A stretch of DNA of 64,000 nt from the NCBI RefSeq assembly GCF_009914755.1, contig NC_060928.1; one strand, given 5' to 3'. The first letter of the stretch is position 1. Each line of letters starts with the position of its first letter. The translations under genes and the position numbers were made by a program. The notes beneath the pieces were generated by a model. The model saw only the letters and a list, made by a program, of their open reading frames with translations, was not told where the DNA came from and ran no database searches. Shown in pieces: positions 15,606-29,584 of the stretch. The stretch is from the human T2T-CHM13v2.0 reference genome, Homo sapiens.

Positions 15606-17928
15606 CCAAGTTTTCATAACTGAAGAATTTTATATAATAGTCTTAAGTTTTCCTATGAACCTATCCAGCATTTAGCCTGCAGGAAGTTCTCCAAGCACTG
15701 ACTGCTGCAGTCACTGATCACATAGTCTCAGGAGAGAGTTCCGCTCTAGAAAGCTGTTTGGATTGTCGTAAGGTAAAGTGCTAAGCTATATCAGGGAGGT
15801 GTAAGGTAAATAGTTCTTATCCTCAGATAACCTCACATTTAATGCTGTCTCACGTTATCTTCAGCAGTACTTTTTTGAGATGGACAGAAGTGTTCTCTCT
15901 TATAGATAAGGAGACAGAGGCTTAAGAGAGATTAAGTTATTTAAGTTACATAGTGTGTGTAAGGAGCACTAGGATTAGAGTCCAACTGTTCCAACTACTG
16001 TTCATTCTTCATAACATGTTTAGGCATAATTTCCAGTTTGTTTTTTTTTAAATTTTAAAATTTTTAACTTGTATTCAGTTTTGAGCCGTGGAAGCTGAAA
16101 GAGGCTCTCTGCATACATTCTTGAACTGGGTTTCTGTTAATATTGGATGGTCTGTTAATGTTAATATTGGAAACTTCTGGGTATTTAGTTCATTTACTAG
16201 GACCTCATACCCTGCTTGTTCCCTGTATTTTGGTTTGAATCTTACCATACTGAGTAAATTAGCACTCTAGGGGCTTGCTTTAGTACTTTTTCCCTGTCCT
16301 GCCCCTACATCTTGGCATGTGCTTCCTATCATCTAAACTCGTGAGAACTATTCCTATTTGACACGGTCCATCTTAAGGACTCTACCAAGAGTTATCTTGA
16401 GTCTTATCTTGAGCTTGGCTGGAGGATTCACCTTGCCTCTTTCCCCTGCTTACTAAATCTGTATTAGACTTTCTATCTTGGCCTTTCTGGGTCTGGCCTG
16501 ATATTGTTTTTGACTTAGCATTGGTACTACCAAATATTGATGACATGCTTTGTACCACCCCACTGGCCTTTTAATAATCTTACTGGATCTAAAGGGCTGA
16601 ATCGGATAAAGATAACTTTTTAAAATTAAAGAATATTTTGCCGGGATCCTGAAAATGTTACAAACAATTGATAATGAATATTTAAGAGCCTTTTACTTTA
16701 ATTGTCAGTCCTTGCTAACTGACCTTTATTATTTTTTAATATCATACAAGTACCTGAAATGTCTTTTAAGTGTTAATTGGGGATGTTTGAAAATTTTTAT
16801 GCGTGGTTTTTGTTTTGTTCTCATTTTCCCTTTGTTTTCTTTTCTTTGGCCTCCTGAAGGGCTTGGCAAACAGGTCTAAGGGCATTGTTGACCACTTGGT
16901 TAAAAACAAAACACATGTAAGATTTTGAAGTTCTCGTTTATATATTTAGCACTGTACTAAATATGGGGCAGATTGAAAAACTGAATATAGGCCCCATGAG
17001 TTAACTGTCTAGTAGGGCATATAATGTCATGTATGTATATACCACAAGGCATGTTACGGCAAACGATGTCCTAGTAATACACATGAATCGTGGCATGCTC
17101 TTGTGATGCACATCTGTTAGGGGAGCATCAAACAAAGCTCTGCGTAGAGTCGTTAAGACGAACTTTGTGAAATGGGAATAGTTTTCATGGGTTTAGATGA
17201 TAGGAAGCACATGCCGTGATGTAGGTGCAGAACAGGGAAGTACTAAAGCAAGCCCCTTGAGTGCTGGTTTACTCAGTAGCAAATCATGCGGTCTGACTGG
17301 AGTCTTAATGTTGTTGAGGATAGGATTGAAAAGAACCTGCTTGGTTTTCCTTCTTCCTGCTCTTGCCTTTCCTCCACCATAAGTGTGTATGTTTTCGGTA
17401 AGATTTTTATCTTTGGGCCTCTTTCTTTCACTTCCTAGGACATTTTATTCAGGCCCATGGTTTTAATGATCACTTCTGCAAATATTCAGTTCTTTCTTCT
17501 GTCCACAATTTCATTCTCATGTTTGGCCTGTGCAGATCTCCAACTCAGTGTCCTAAGTGCTAATGAAATACATTGCTTTCTGTCTGTGCTTTTCTTTTTA
17601 GAAAGTCTCATGCTGGACCCATCACTGCCTTCCTTAAAAACACTGATTCTTATTTCTCTTTAAATGTGGTGTTGTTTTTATTAGTGGTATCACTGTTTTA
17701 CCTACAACGGAGGCTTAGTGCTCCAGCCTTATCTTTGTTTGCTGCTTTGTCTGCCTCTCTGAGTTGAGTTTTATTATTATTATTTGATTTCTAACTAGTC
17801 TTGCCATTGCTTATCTTTTCCTTTTTGTAAATCCATTTTGACAATTATTACTTAGTTTAAACATTTTAGAACATAATATTTTGCTATTCTCTCCCCTACT
17901 CAAAAATTTATATTAGAGCCCCATAGTC

Positions 17929-18115
17929 CAGTGGTCTCAAATTTTAGTATGCATTAAAATTGCCAGGAAGACTTGTTAAAACACAGATGGCTGGGCCCAC
18001 CCTCAGAGTTTGTGATTCTGTAGGTCTGGGATGAGACCCAAGAATTTGCATTTCTAATAGATTCCCAGGCAGTGCTGATACTGCTGGTCCAGGGACCATG
18101 CTCTGAGAACTGCTG
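17929..18115. mobile_element. MER5A DNA transposon (near full length)
   Basis: cagtggtctcaaa...gaatttgcatttctaa...ctgctggtccagggaccatgctctgagaactgctg with degenerate terminal inverted repeats. Confidence 0.85.
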
Positions 18116-19299
18116 CCATAGTCTTCCAAATATGGTTTGGGCTTCTTAGTTTGACATTCATGATCTTTTACAGTCTGGTCATATTCTGCCTTTGTAGCCA
18201 TGATCACTTACTGTGAAGCTTCTTTGTGTGCTCTTTACTTTAACCAAAGTGAAGTACTGACAGACAGCTTTTTGTACACATCCTGTATTCTCATGAGTAT
18301 ACAGGCATTTCCCTTAGGATTTCGTTCAGTCTCTTGTTTCATCTTGCTTGTCAAACCATCTTTTAAGATTAATTTAAAGATTTAGTTCAAGTGGAATCTT
18401 TTCTCTGTTTCTTGTTTTTTGTATTTTCTTCTATCATCCTTCTTCCAAGCCAAAGTAATCTCTTGCATTGCACTATTCCTTTATGGTATTTGTTGGTTTG
18501 TAGTTTAGCTTGACCCGTATTTCCATTTTCCATCCCTTATCCAGTTCACTCTTTGTGTTTTACCTGTCCAACATTAGTTACAGAGCATATGTTTGGTGAT
18601 GGGGGAAATGAAATTTTCTGTAGATTATAAGCAGAAGGCCTAATAAGCCAGTATTCCCTGAATATTGATAGAGGATTTTCATGTTCAAAGAAATGGGTTA
18701 TAGTTATTACCCTGAATCTCACTGATGGCAGCGAGATTTAAATTCTTACTTTCTCCCCTTAAAAAAGGACATTTAAAAATTATACTATGTAGCAAATTAA
18801 TGGGATCTCCTAATTATTGGCTTTCTTAAAGATCCTAAGAGATGAGCAGTACCTTTTAAAGGTAAGTATCTTTTTAATGAATAAAATTGTGCCTATATAA
18901 CATAATGAATTCCTTCAAATTCTTAATGGCTTAAAGTTTTTTGAGTTATATTTTATATACAATTCAATGTAGAGATTTTAGGTGTATAGTTTGATGAATT
19001 TTGAAAACTACACACTCAATTGTATTAATTGAGATTTGATTCTCAAATTTTAAAACTTTCACTTTCTTTTGTAGAAGACAATGAAGAGAAATCTTTGTAT
19101 TACTGTAAAACCTGTTGTGTATTGTTTGGTCACTAATTTAAAAATAAATTCCATTGCTAGTTTATTTCCCATACTTGGTGATATGTTTAAAATCTTATCC
19201 CAGCAATCTAACAACTAACTGTAGATGTTACGATTGGGGTTGGGAAGTTTTTTTCTCTCACTGTCTGTGTCAGATAACCACTGGGGGCTCACCATCTGC

Positions 19300-20220
19300 A
19301 TTTGTGTCCATAAGCTTTATCTTCTCTCCTACTACTGTGGATTCACTGTCTGTGTTCTTGCAAAGTGAATTTCTTTACCTGTGTACTTGATCTCATCCCC
19401 TATCCCTACTCTAAGGCAGTCCTTTTGCAATTTTTCTCTCCTCAGCAACCATATTTTCCCTTTTCTACTGTAATTTGCTCATGTGTTCAAACCTGGCATT
19501 ATTTTTCTTACCTTTACACACAACAGAAGAACTTCTTGACTCTCCTTCTCCCTTTGGTTATTGCCTCATTCTTCCCTCCTTTGATTAGAAAACAAAAACT
19601 CTCAAAAGGACTTCTGTACTGTTTCTCTCCTCTTGTTTTTTCTTGAGCTCACTTAGGCTTTTGACTTCATTACACCACCAAAATTATTCTTATTGTGCTT
19701 ATTAGTGATGTCCATGTGGCTATGCAGTGTTCAGTTCTCAGTCTTCATATCACTCACTAGTGTCATGATATGGTTTAATATATTTTCCTTTTTAAAGCAA
19801 TTTTTTAAAAAACTTGATTTTAGAGAAACCATGCCATCCTTATTTTATTTCTACTATATTGGTTGCTGCTTTTCAGTTTCTTTGCTGGTTTCCCCTTTAT
19901 CTCCTTGGACTACACGTATTAGTCTGTACATTGCTTTGCTTATTTTTACTGACCCTCTTGGTTATCTTACCTAATTTCAAGGCTTTTACATACCCTGTAA
20001 CCGAGTCCTGAGCTCTGGCTTCATATATCCAACTGCATCAACATCTCTACTTAGATATCTATTAGTCATCTTAAATTTAAGGTTTAAAATTGAGTCCTGA
20101 TTTCTTGCTTGACTCAAATCTCTTCTCTCTTGTCTTTGTTTTTTACAATGGAGTTGCTGTTTAAACAGCTGCATTATAACAATCTTTGAGTGGGCCCAAA
20201 AATTTGGCATCATCCTTGAT
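19300..20220 (+). mobile_element. L2 LINE fragment
   Basis: L2 motifs catatatccaactgc..acatctctacttagatatcta..catcttaaattta, and ccaaaaatttggcatcatccttga; an L2 3' end follows at about 21540-21650. Confidence 0.65.
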
Positions 20221-20224
20221 GTTT

Positions 20225-21500
20225 TGTGATCTCATCTGCCATTGTTGATCGTTGCTGGGATTCATTAATTTATTAATGGTTGAAAAAATGCCAGTATTTT
20301 AATTCTATCCTTTTTTTTTCATTAATTGGAATACTCTTTAAAGAAACATTTTAACACATCAATTATTTGGTTTCCTGTTTGTATAGGAAAGGCAAGAAAA
20401 ATGATTGATTGAATCCCCTTATTTACACATATTCAAAATAATTAGGTAGTTTCCAAGGATCCTCTAAAGGCAATGAGAGGCAGGCTTGTGTGTATGTTTA
20501 GTATCATGAACTCATGATTTTAAATGAGCTTCAGGCTATGTTATCTTTTTTGTTGTTGTTTAAATTGCCCCAGTTTTGGCCAGTGGAAACTTACTTAGGC
20601 TCGCACCTGGATCCTTTAGGCACAACCTCGCCTTTGATAGGTTTCTTGCTTTCCACAGTGACAAAATGTTCCATGTCCAGCTTGTACATTTCTGGCCCCA
20701 GAGTTCTGCTTTCTTCAGCTGTTTCTTCAAGGAGCTTTAATTTTGTTTAGTCAGAAACAGTATCTGATAGACCCCAATCCAAGTGCTAGCAGCGCTCCGT
20801 TAGTCATTGTTTCTATGTCTTCTCAGTGGATGGGGCTAAGAAATATTTTGTTGTTACTTTTTTTTCAAAGATAATATACACTATGAATTCAGTCTGATAT
20901 TTATGATTCAGATTTAGTACTACAGGGTTTTAATTTAACTTTATTGGTCTTACCCCTGTATTTTCCTGTAGTCACACTGAAAATTTTGATTCTTAACAAT
21001 ACCAGCATAACTAGTCAGGATAAGAATACTAACGTTAAAACCAGTGGTGTAATTACCAAAAACAGTTTAATTATCTTGGAGTTCTTTTTTTTGTTTATAG
21101 ACATATCCCTCTAGGCAAATATGATTAAAATCAGTGAGGATAGTTCCTAACTGTATGGTTATACCACTATCTAGATAATGTGGTTAGGTTGAATTGTTTT
21201 ATTTTACTTGTGATTTTTAAGGATTACCTTTTAAAATTAATTTTGTTTTTATAATTATTGTTTTATACAAATATATACATGGTTCCACAGTCTAATCTAG
21301 GAAACAAAGTATATGCAAAAAGTATCACTTCTGTCTTTGTCTCATATACCGTATTTTCTCCATCCCTTTAAAGATAACCTTTCCCCCTCTTATTTTATGG
21401 TTTACTTGTTCTTTAATTTTTAAAATACAAGCAAAATATTTAAGTATTTTTATTCCCTATTTCCTTAGCAGATTAACCTTACTTGCTTCGAGTAACAATA
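20225..21500 (-). mobile_element. Old L1M (L1MC/L1ME-like) fragment interrupting L2
   Basis: Motifs such as caaattgccccagttttggccagtgg and acaaaatgttccatgtccagcttgtacattt, similar to the 58545-60200 relic. Confidence 0.55.
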
Positions 21501-22064
21501 TACTTTTGATTTGACTTGTTTTCTTAGTTTCTGGGTCTCACATGCTAGGAAGTATGCTCTCTGAGGGTAGGGATTTTTGTTTCTTTTGTCTTGCTCTATT
21601 CCCACCATTGGTCCATAATAGATACTCAGTAAATATTTTTGTAAATAATTGCATTGTGCATTCATGGTGTTTTATCTCAATGCAAATTAAAATTTGTTAA
21701 AATAGAAGCCATTACTAAATACTCCAATTAAGAGTGACAAGATACCAAGGAGCTCACACTAGTATTGTAAAAGTTTATTTTTTTCTATTGTGTAATAATC
21801 TTTTCTAGTAACTTGTGAGAAGCTTCTCACACAAAGTTACAAAATGTTGTTTGTCAATTAACAATAAATGAATATCTGTTTTTCTCGTCAATCACGTGAA
21901 TAGTATTTTCCCCAACACTATCTGTTAACTCTATGCGTATGTATTCTTATGTACATGGATTTGTGAAGGTGGTTCAATAAAGATTTTCAAATCTAATAGT
22001 GCATGGTGAATGTTTAAATGAATAAAGTGTATGTTGTGGGAATAGAGAGTATTTGGGAACTTTT

Positions 22065-22946
22065 TTGTTTGTAACTTTTAAGTTCAGGAGTACATGTGCA
22101 GGATGTGCAGATTTGTTACATCATTAAATGTGTGTCATGGGGGTTTGTTGTACAGATTATTTCATCACCCAGGTATTAAGCCTAGTATCCACTAGTTACT
22201 TTTCCTGATCCTCTCCCTCTTTTTACCCCCCACCCTCTGGGAGTCTCCAGTGTGTGTTGTTCCCCTCCATGTGTCCATGTGTTCTCATCATTTAGCTCCC
22301 ACTTACAAATGAGAACATGCAGTATTTGGTTTTCTGTTCCTGTGTTAGTTTGCTAAGGATAGTGGCCTCCAGTTTCATTTGTGTCCCTGCAAAAGACATG
22401 ATCTTGTTCTTTTTATGGCTGTGTAGTATTCCATGGTGTAAATGTACTGCATTTTCTTTATCCAGTCTGTCATTGATGGGCGTTTAGGTTGATTCCATGT
22501 CTTTACTATTGTGAATTGTACTGCAGTGAACATACATATGCATGTGTCTTTATAATGATAGATATGATTTATATTCCTTTGGGTGTATACCCAGTAATGA
22601 GATACACTAGTTTGAATGGTATTTCTGCCTCTAGGTCTTTGAGGAATGGCCACACTGTCTTCCACAATGGTTGAACTAATTTACACTCCCACCAACAGTG
22701 TAAAAGTGTTCCTTTTTCTCTACAACCTCTCCAGCATCTGTTATTTTTTGACTTTTAATAATAGCCATTCTGACTGGTGTGCAATGGTATCTCATTGTGG
22801 TTTTGATTTGCATTTCTCTTATGATCAGTGATGTTGAGCTTTTTTCATATGCTTGTTGGCTGTATGTATGTCGTATTTTGAGAAGTGTCTGTTCATGTCC
22901 TTTGCCCACTTTTTAATGGGGTTTTTTTTTCTCATAAATTTAAGTT
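22065..22946 (-). mobile_element. 5'-truncated older L1PA (about L1PA11-16) 3' end, nested in an L1M 3' end, with perfect 16-bp TSD
   Basis: ORF2 C-terminal remnants (22375-22665, 22676-22909 minus); TSD gtatttgggaactttt at 22049-22064 and 22947-22962. Confidence 0.9.
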
Positions 22947-25611
22947 GTATTTGGGAACTTTTCGTACTTTTCACTCAGTGTTGCTGTGAACTTAACAAGC
23001 CTGTGAACCTAAAACTGCTCTAGAAAATAAAGTCTCGGAATCCATGGCATGTTTACAACATTATAGTGATGTCAGTTAGATTTGTGCTATGTGTCTTATA
23101 TGTAAAATTGTTGCATTTGTATATGATGTCATTAATGTTAGTTGGACATGCAAAAATCATTATTTTTCTTCTATTAGTATTAAAGTGAAAAAAGTAAATG
23201 GAATATCCCAGAAACAGAACTGTGTATGTTTATGGTTAAGTTGAACCATAGGCAAACATTGATGTCCTACCATGTTTCAGTTGTATAAAGATAGTGTTGC
23301 AGATTATTGGGAATATTAAAGTTATTTCAATAAGTAATGCTTGAGTAATGAGTTAAGATTTAGAGAATGAAACTCAATTCTGACCTTTCACCTTATATCA
23401 AAAATAAACCAGATATATTAAAAAATTGACAAATGTGAAACTATACCAAAATTAGAAGAAAATATAGGTGATTACTTAACAGAACTTATTGGAACCTGTG
23501 ATAAGAACCTGTCCGTTCCCTTAATGTAGTCTGATCAAACCTGATTCTTTAAGATTAGTAATGGAGGAAGAATCTGATGAGTGGAACTGCTCAAGTCATA
23601 GCTTTGACTCTTACTTCCAGATATCTTTCTTCTCTGTGTGAGGGGCCTCACTATTTGCTGCTGTAGTCACCTGACTAGTTTGTGTGTGTGTGTGCGCACG
23701 CATGCGTGCACACATGTATGTCCACATGCTCCTGTATGCTTGCACTTCTGTGCACTCTTTTTTTCTGACTTTCCGATGGCATATCCCTTTCCTTTTGCTT
23801 CCTACAAAGCTGAAACAAATTTTGAATGGCTTTATATCCCTTAATCTTTAGAAAAAGGATGCATAGACATAAAAATATGCAGTTGGATAATCTGGTTTAT
23901 TACATCAGTTTACCAGTTTGGTTTTGTGGTTTCTTATAATTCGCGGTCTCTTGTGTTATTTCCCTGTGTCAAAAACCATCTTTGCTTACTAGTGGTCATT
24001 AAATGATTCCAGACCCTGTATACTAGACCTAAGATATGGGGACTAGCAAGCTAGAGTTTTATTTGACTATATTTTAGGATGATTTTGGCTGCAAGTAATA
24101 GAATACCTGAATTCAAGTGGCTTGAACAATAGGAGTTTAATATTTGAAAATGCATTATCATAAGTGAGGAGCTAAATGGTTTTAAGGTTAGTACAGAGGC
24201 TCAGTGATGTGTAGGTCTCTGCGTTAGCTTTTCTTTCATTGGCTTTCTACTCATGGTTGGACATGGCTGCAGTAGCTTCAAGTGTTGTATTCTCCCATGA
24301 TAACATCAGAACTTAGGAGGTTGGAGGGATGCTGTTCTTCTTTCATCTCTGTCTCTCTTTCTCTGTTTTATTAGAGAGAACACTGACAGATTCCCATATT
24401 AAAATAAGTATGGAATAAACATTTTACATACGAAATACAAATAGTTAATAAAAGTTTGAGAATTTATAATCTTAAAATTATAATAAATTCATATCGAAAC
24501 ATATTACATTTTATTTTTCAAATGGTACAAATATATATATAAAATGATAAAGCTTGTGAAAATGTCTTGATTCAGGTACTCATAATACCAGTGTGGGTGG
24601 GGAGTGGGGGAAATTGGCCGGGCCAGGGCTCTCTTTGCAGATTATCTGCAGTCAGAAGTGTGGGACTTGGAGGAGGGGGCTGAGGCCACAGCCGCATCTT
24701 GATCAGGCTTTCTCCAGCCCTCCATCAGCCTCACCAGATCTCCATTCTTTGCCACGAGGGCCAACACGTGAGACCCCATCTTCCTGCTCGCCAGCCCTAG
24801 ACCTGTTGGAGCATAAAGCGCTTCCTCCCCAGGTCTGAGTGTGTGGGGCTCTGCTTTGGCACTGCCCCACGGAAGCCACGGCCTCTTCATTCTGTTTCTG
24901 TTGTTTTGTTTTTAACAACTGTACTTTGCACACATGAAAAAAAAATAATAAAAGTTGTTCCAGAGGCAACTTGACTCTGTGTATCAAAAGCCTTATAATC
25001 GTATGTCTATCTTTTTCTAAGAACCTATCCAAAGGAAATCATCAGAAGTTGGCAAAAATATATATACAGGGATCTTTCTTTATAATCAGGAAAATTTTTA
25101 CATGCTGTAAACATTCCATAATAGGGATATTGCAGGTGAAAATTCCATTCTAATTTACAAAAGCAAAAAGGAAATGTATTGGGTCATATAGCTGAACAAT
25201 CTAGAATTGTTCAGGTATGATTGGATTCTTGTGCTCGAACACCTGTCATCAGAACTCTGCCACTCTCTCTCAGCTTTGCTTTCTTTGCTGGCCGTATTAT
25301 TCTCAGGTTCATTCTCCCTGTATATCTCTCAACAGCTCTAGGTCAAATCCTGCTAGTTTTCTGTGGCCACAGCAGAGAGAGCTTATTTTTTCCAGGTGTT
25401 CCAACGAAAGTGCTGAGTGGGATTCATATTGGTTCTAATAGTTCTGACATGGTCATATGCCTACCTCCAGCCCCTCCCTGTGGAATAGGGATAGTCTTAT
25501 TGGCTAGGCTTCCTCAATTCAAACATGCATCTCCACAGAGGGGACGAACTGGCAGACCGTGACATGTTTGCAAAAAGAAGTAGTGTTCAAAATGATGGCC
25601 TTGTATTTGAT

Positions 25612-25737
25612 CAGGCACAGTGGCGTACGCCTGAAATCCTAGTATTTCGGGAGGCAAGTTGGAAGGATTGCTTGAGCCCAGGAGTTCGAGACCAGCCTAG
25701 GCAACATAGTGAGACATTGTCTCTATAAAAAGAAAAT
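25612..25737 (+). mobile_element. FLAM_C-like Alu monomer
   Basis: caggcacagtggc...ggattgcttgagcccaggagttcgagaccagcctaggcaacatagtgagac with A-rich end. Confidence 0.85.
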
Positions 25738-27537
25738 CTTAACCCCTCCCCAAAACTTCATATGATAAGGCAGTTTATTTTAGAATGTTTTCCACTAAAA
25801 TTGCTTAAAATTAGAATGTTTTGGTGCTAAAAGAGGCAGCCTTCAGTATTCTGGAAATGCCTTCATTTTCTGACATTGTGGGATAAATTATGTATTACTA
25901 ATTCTTTAGTTTTTTTTTTTAAAGGAAATTGTAATTAATATTGCAGTGACCATTAGTAGTCTTGGGATTATTGGGTAACAAAGGGCTAGTGACTTCTCAG
26001 AAACCAAGTCTTTGGTTGTTAGAAGATTCTTGTTAGCTTCCTTGAGAAGTAAAAATGAGGAGAACTACAGAATAATGACTATTAAGTGGTGATGATAGGT
26101 AAGGCACACCCTAGTGAATTGACACAGTACATACAGTGTATTCATTTTGTTTCTTTGTAGAATATTATTTTTTCTTCAGTCTTAATCTTCCAATATCACT
26201 TTTTACGGACTTAGAATAGAATTGCTTTTCTTTTTGTTTAGATAGTCTCTTATTTTTCCTTATCCTATTACATAGTAAATCTTGACAAATTAATTTTGAT
26301 ACATTATATTTTGGGTTTTATTAATATTATCCATATTTATAGCCAGAGTTATTCTCTGAATGCTGAGTGCCACAAAGCTTTCTCATAATTATCAATGTCT
26401 GTATTCATTCAAAATATTTCTAAAAGTAGCAACTCCAGAATTTACTTTGGTATGATCTGTCTTATGGTCTAAATTATTGACCTTTATTTTATTTCACAGT
26501 CCTCTATGTATTTTAACATAGTTAAGTAGTAAAATTCTTTTATTGGTGACTAGATGAACTATATAACTCATCATTAAAATTATAAGTACTAATGTAAAGT
26601 TTCTTTTTCAATGAGAACTATGTGTGGTTTATTATATATATGTATAGTGAAATAAAGGCCCTATAGTGGTTATGAAATTGGTATCCAGCTTCTCTTTCCA
26701 AAGAAAGTGGTAATAACCTCTAATCAGTGTGCTTGAGGAACAGTTCTGATACAGTTTTAGGTCTGCTTCCTGTGTCTCACTCTGAAATGCCTCCATCTTA
26801 CTTCAGGGTCTTTATGGTTGAATTTGCGTATGTGTGTGTATTAACTTAAGCAGGTGCTCACAGTTTAATGTGTAAATATTGTATTTCCTCCTTGGCTCCT
26901 CCTCTTATCTTCCTGATGGCCCATCCCATCCCCCATTCATTATCAGTGTTACTGCTTGTGATTTTTCTCCTGTAACATTCTTTATGTTCATAAAATCATA
27001 TGCAAATATATACATAAGTTTTTACGTTTTTGCTTTATAAAAATATTAATCAAATTGAATACTTAAAATATTTTAATGAAGAATATTTCTAAATTGTATT
27101 TTATAAATACAATATAGCTTTCTTTTAAGTGCTTACAGGTACTCACTTAACGTGAAAGTAAGTGTAACACACGGTATTCTCAGTGATGGATACTAGAAAT
27201 AATTACCTGGCCTTCCATATAACACATAATCTTATCTGCAATATATTTCCACTGTTAGTGCTCTACAACTTAATTAGAGCTCTAGTATCAAAAAGAACCA
27301 GTGACAGCTATTTCATGTTTTAAGCATTCAGACTAATTGTAGTCTTTATGTTTTTATGACACAAAACAGCTTTCAGTTGACTCTGTTGAAATTAAAAGCT
27401 TCTTCAATATATAATTTTTGTCTTATTGGTATTATCTTATGTACAAAAACTGCATACCTATGGTACAATCTACACACTCCTGTTTTAGATAGAAATTTTG
27501 ATTCTCTCTTGAACCATAAATTCAGATTGGAAGAAGC

Positions 27538-27868
27538 ATTATGGCTTGAATGTGTTCCCCAAAATTTATGTGTTGGAAGCTTAATCCACAATGTAACAGT
27601 GGTGGGTGGTGGGGCCTCATGGGAGGTGCTTAGACTATGAGGGGATTAGTGCCACAATAAAAAGGGCCTGTGGGAGTGGGTGCTCTTTTATGCCCTTTAG
27701 CCTTCTGCTATATTAGGATGTAGTAACAAGGCACTCACCAGATGATGCTGGTGCCTTGATTTGGACTTCCCAGCCTCCAGAACTGTGAGAAAAATAAACT
27801 TATGTTCTTTATAAATAATCACACAGTCTCAGTTATTCTGTTATAGCAGCACAAAATGGACTAAGACA
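27538..27868 (+). mobile_element. MaLR solo LTR (MSTD/MLT1A-like)
   Basis: tatggcttgaatgtgttcccc...ttggacttcccagcctccagaactgtgaga..aataaa...gttatagcagcacaaaatggactaagaca. Confidence 0.85.
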
Positions 27869-29071
27869 AAGGTGTTTTTTGATAGAATGCCTCCTTTCAT
27901 GTGACCCTATGACTCTGGGAATGCTGTGTTGTTCTTGGGAGTTAGCAAGCAGTGCCTTGGTGGACCCAAGTAACATTAGGCTAGAAGTTAAGAGAGAGTA
28001 TGAAAATGTACATTAGAAGCTTTCATAGGTTTGTTGTTCTTTTTTTTTTAAATGTATCAGATCAGCCATCAAAGCTTCTAATCAGCATGAAACAAATTCC
28101 AGAGTGATCAAACTCAACTGATGTAATTTTATTAAATATCAGATAGCTATATTGTAAGCTTTTCTTTTTTATTAAGGGTAAACGGATATACCTGCTTTTA
28201 CATTTTGCCCTGATGGTGTCATAATTTGTCAAATGTTTATTACTGGTGGGCAGTTTGGATAGTCATAAAATTTTTATTCATAATATTGCAATGAAAACTC
28301 TTGAACTTTTTATACAGTTATCTGAGCGTTACTATAGAATAAATTCTGAAAAGTAGAAATTCTTGGTTAAAGGTAATGAGCATTTAACATTTTAATTGAT
28401 ATTGCTAGAATTTTCCCCCTGCAAAGGTTACACTAGTTTGTACTCCCACAGATGTACGAATGTGCCATTTCCCACACAAAGTCCCGTCTTTTCAACTCAG
28501 GGAAACTGCGTGGCACTGTTGGGTTCCCTCTTCTTGCACCTTTTCCTAGAAATTCTCTCCAGGAACTCATTTAGGGCAGTCATACGGCACAGTTGTTTGT
28601 TTCTGGTCATCTCAGGGATCACTGTTCTTTGTGTTCAGTGCCTTGTGTTCATGCCTTGTGTTCAGTATCTTGAAAACTGTTGTTTGTATATTGTGTCTGT
28701 TTTTTAGTTGTTTTTTGAGGGCCTGTGAGTATGGTAAATCCGGTCCCTGTAACCTCATCTTTGCTGGTAATGCAAATTCTGACTTACTAAAGTTTAGCAA
28801 ATAAAACACAGAAGGAGATTTTTTTCATTTGTTAAATCTGAAATGCTTACCTCTACTTAAAGTGAATATTAACATGAATATTAATGTTAATTCCAAATGA
28901 CTTGCTATATATATTTTTGATGTAATGGTGATTGGATATAATGTTAACTTATGTGATTGTGTGAGTATTGATCATGTCTAAGTAATGGATGGCAAGAAAC
29001 ACTCAAGTGGGTATTTAGGTATGCAGAGTTCTGGCATCAGAGGCCAAAGCCTAATGGTAGATTTTGGCTGG

Positions 29072-29321
29072 ATCATGGTGGGAGGCAAAAGGACTTCTTA
29101 CATGGCGGCAGCAAGAGAAAATGAGGAAGATTCAAAAGCAGAAACCCCTGATAAGACCAAGACCATCAGATCTTGTGAGACTTACTACCACGAGAACAGT
29201 ATGGGGGAAACTGCCCCCATGATTCAAATTATCTCCCACTGGGTCCCTCCCACAACAGGTGGGAATTATGGGAGTACAATTCAAGATGAGATTTGGGTGG
29301 GGACACATCCAAACCATATCA
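29072..29321 (-). mobile_element. THE1 (THE1C/D-like) LTR, partial
   Basis: cttacatggcggcagcaagag...gagaacagtatgggggaaactgcccccatgattcaa...gagatttgggtggggacacatccaaaccatatca. Confidence 0.88.
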
Positions 29322-29584
29322 GAGGATGAGATCAAGGTTATTAAAACAAAGAATGTCTTAATAGTAACCTCTATCTCTATACAAATTACGGTGTCTTGGG
29401 TTGTGAGTTTCAGTTAAGATTTGGTATTGCTGTTGTTTGTAGATTTAATTCTTAGATCAGTGATTATCAGCTGGTGTTTGTAGTACCTCACACTGTCTTC
29501 ATTCGTGTCCAAGAAATCATACAGAATATGTAAATCAAGGTAAAAATTCAGCTCATTATTTTGAAAAATAAATGATTTACAATA

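Noticed and set aside
24593-25032. Overlapping ORFs in the GC-rich island as a coding gene
   Set aside because: Explained by stop-codon scarcity in GC-rich sequence; no homology recognised.
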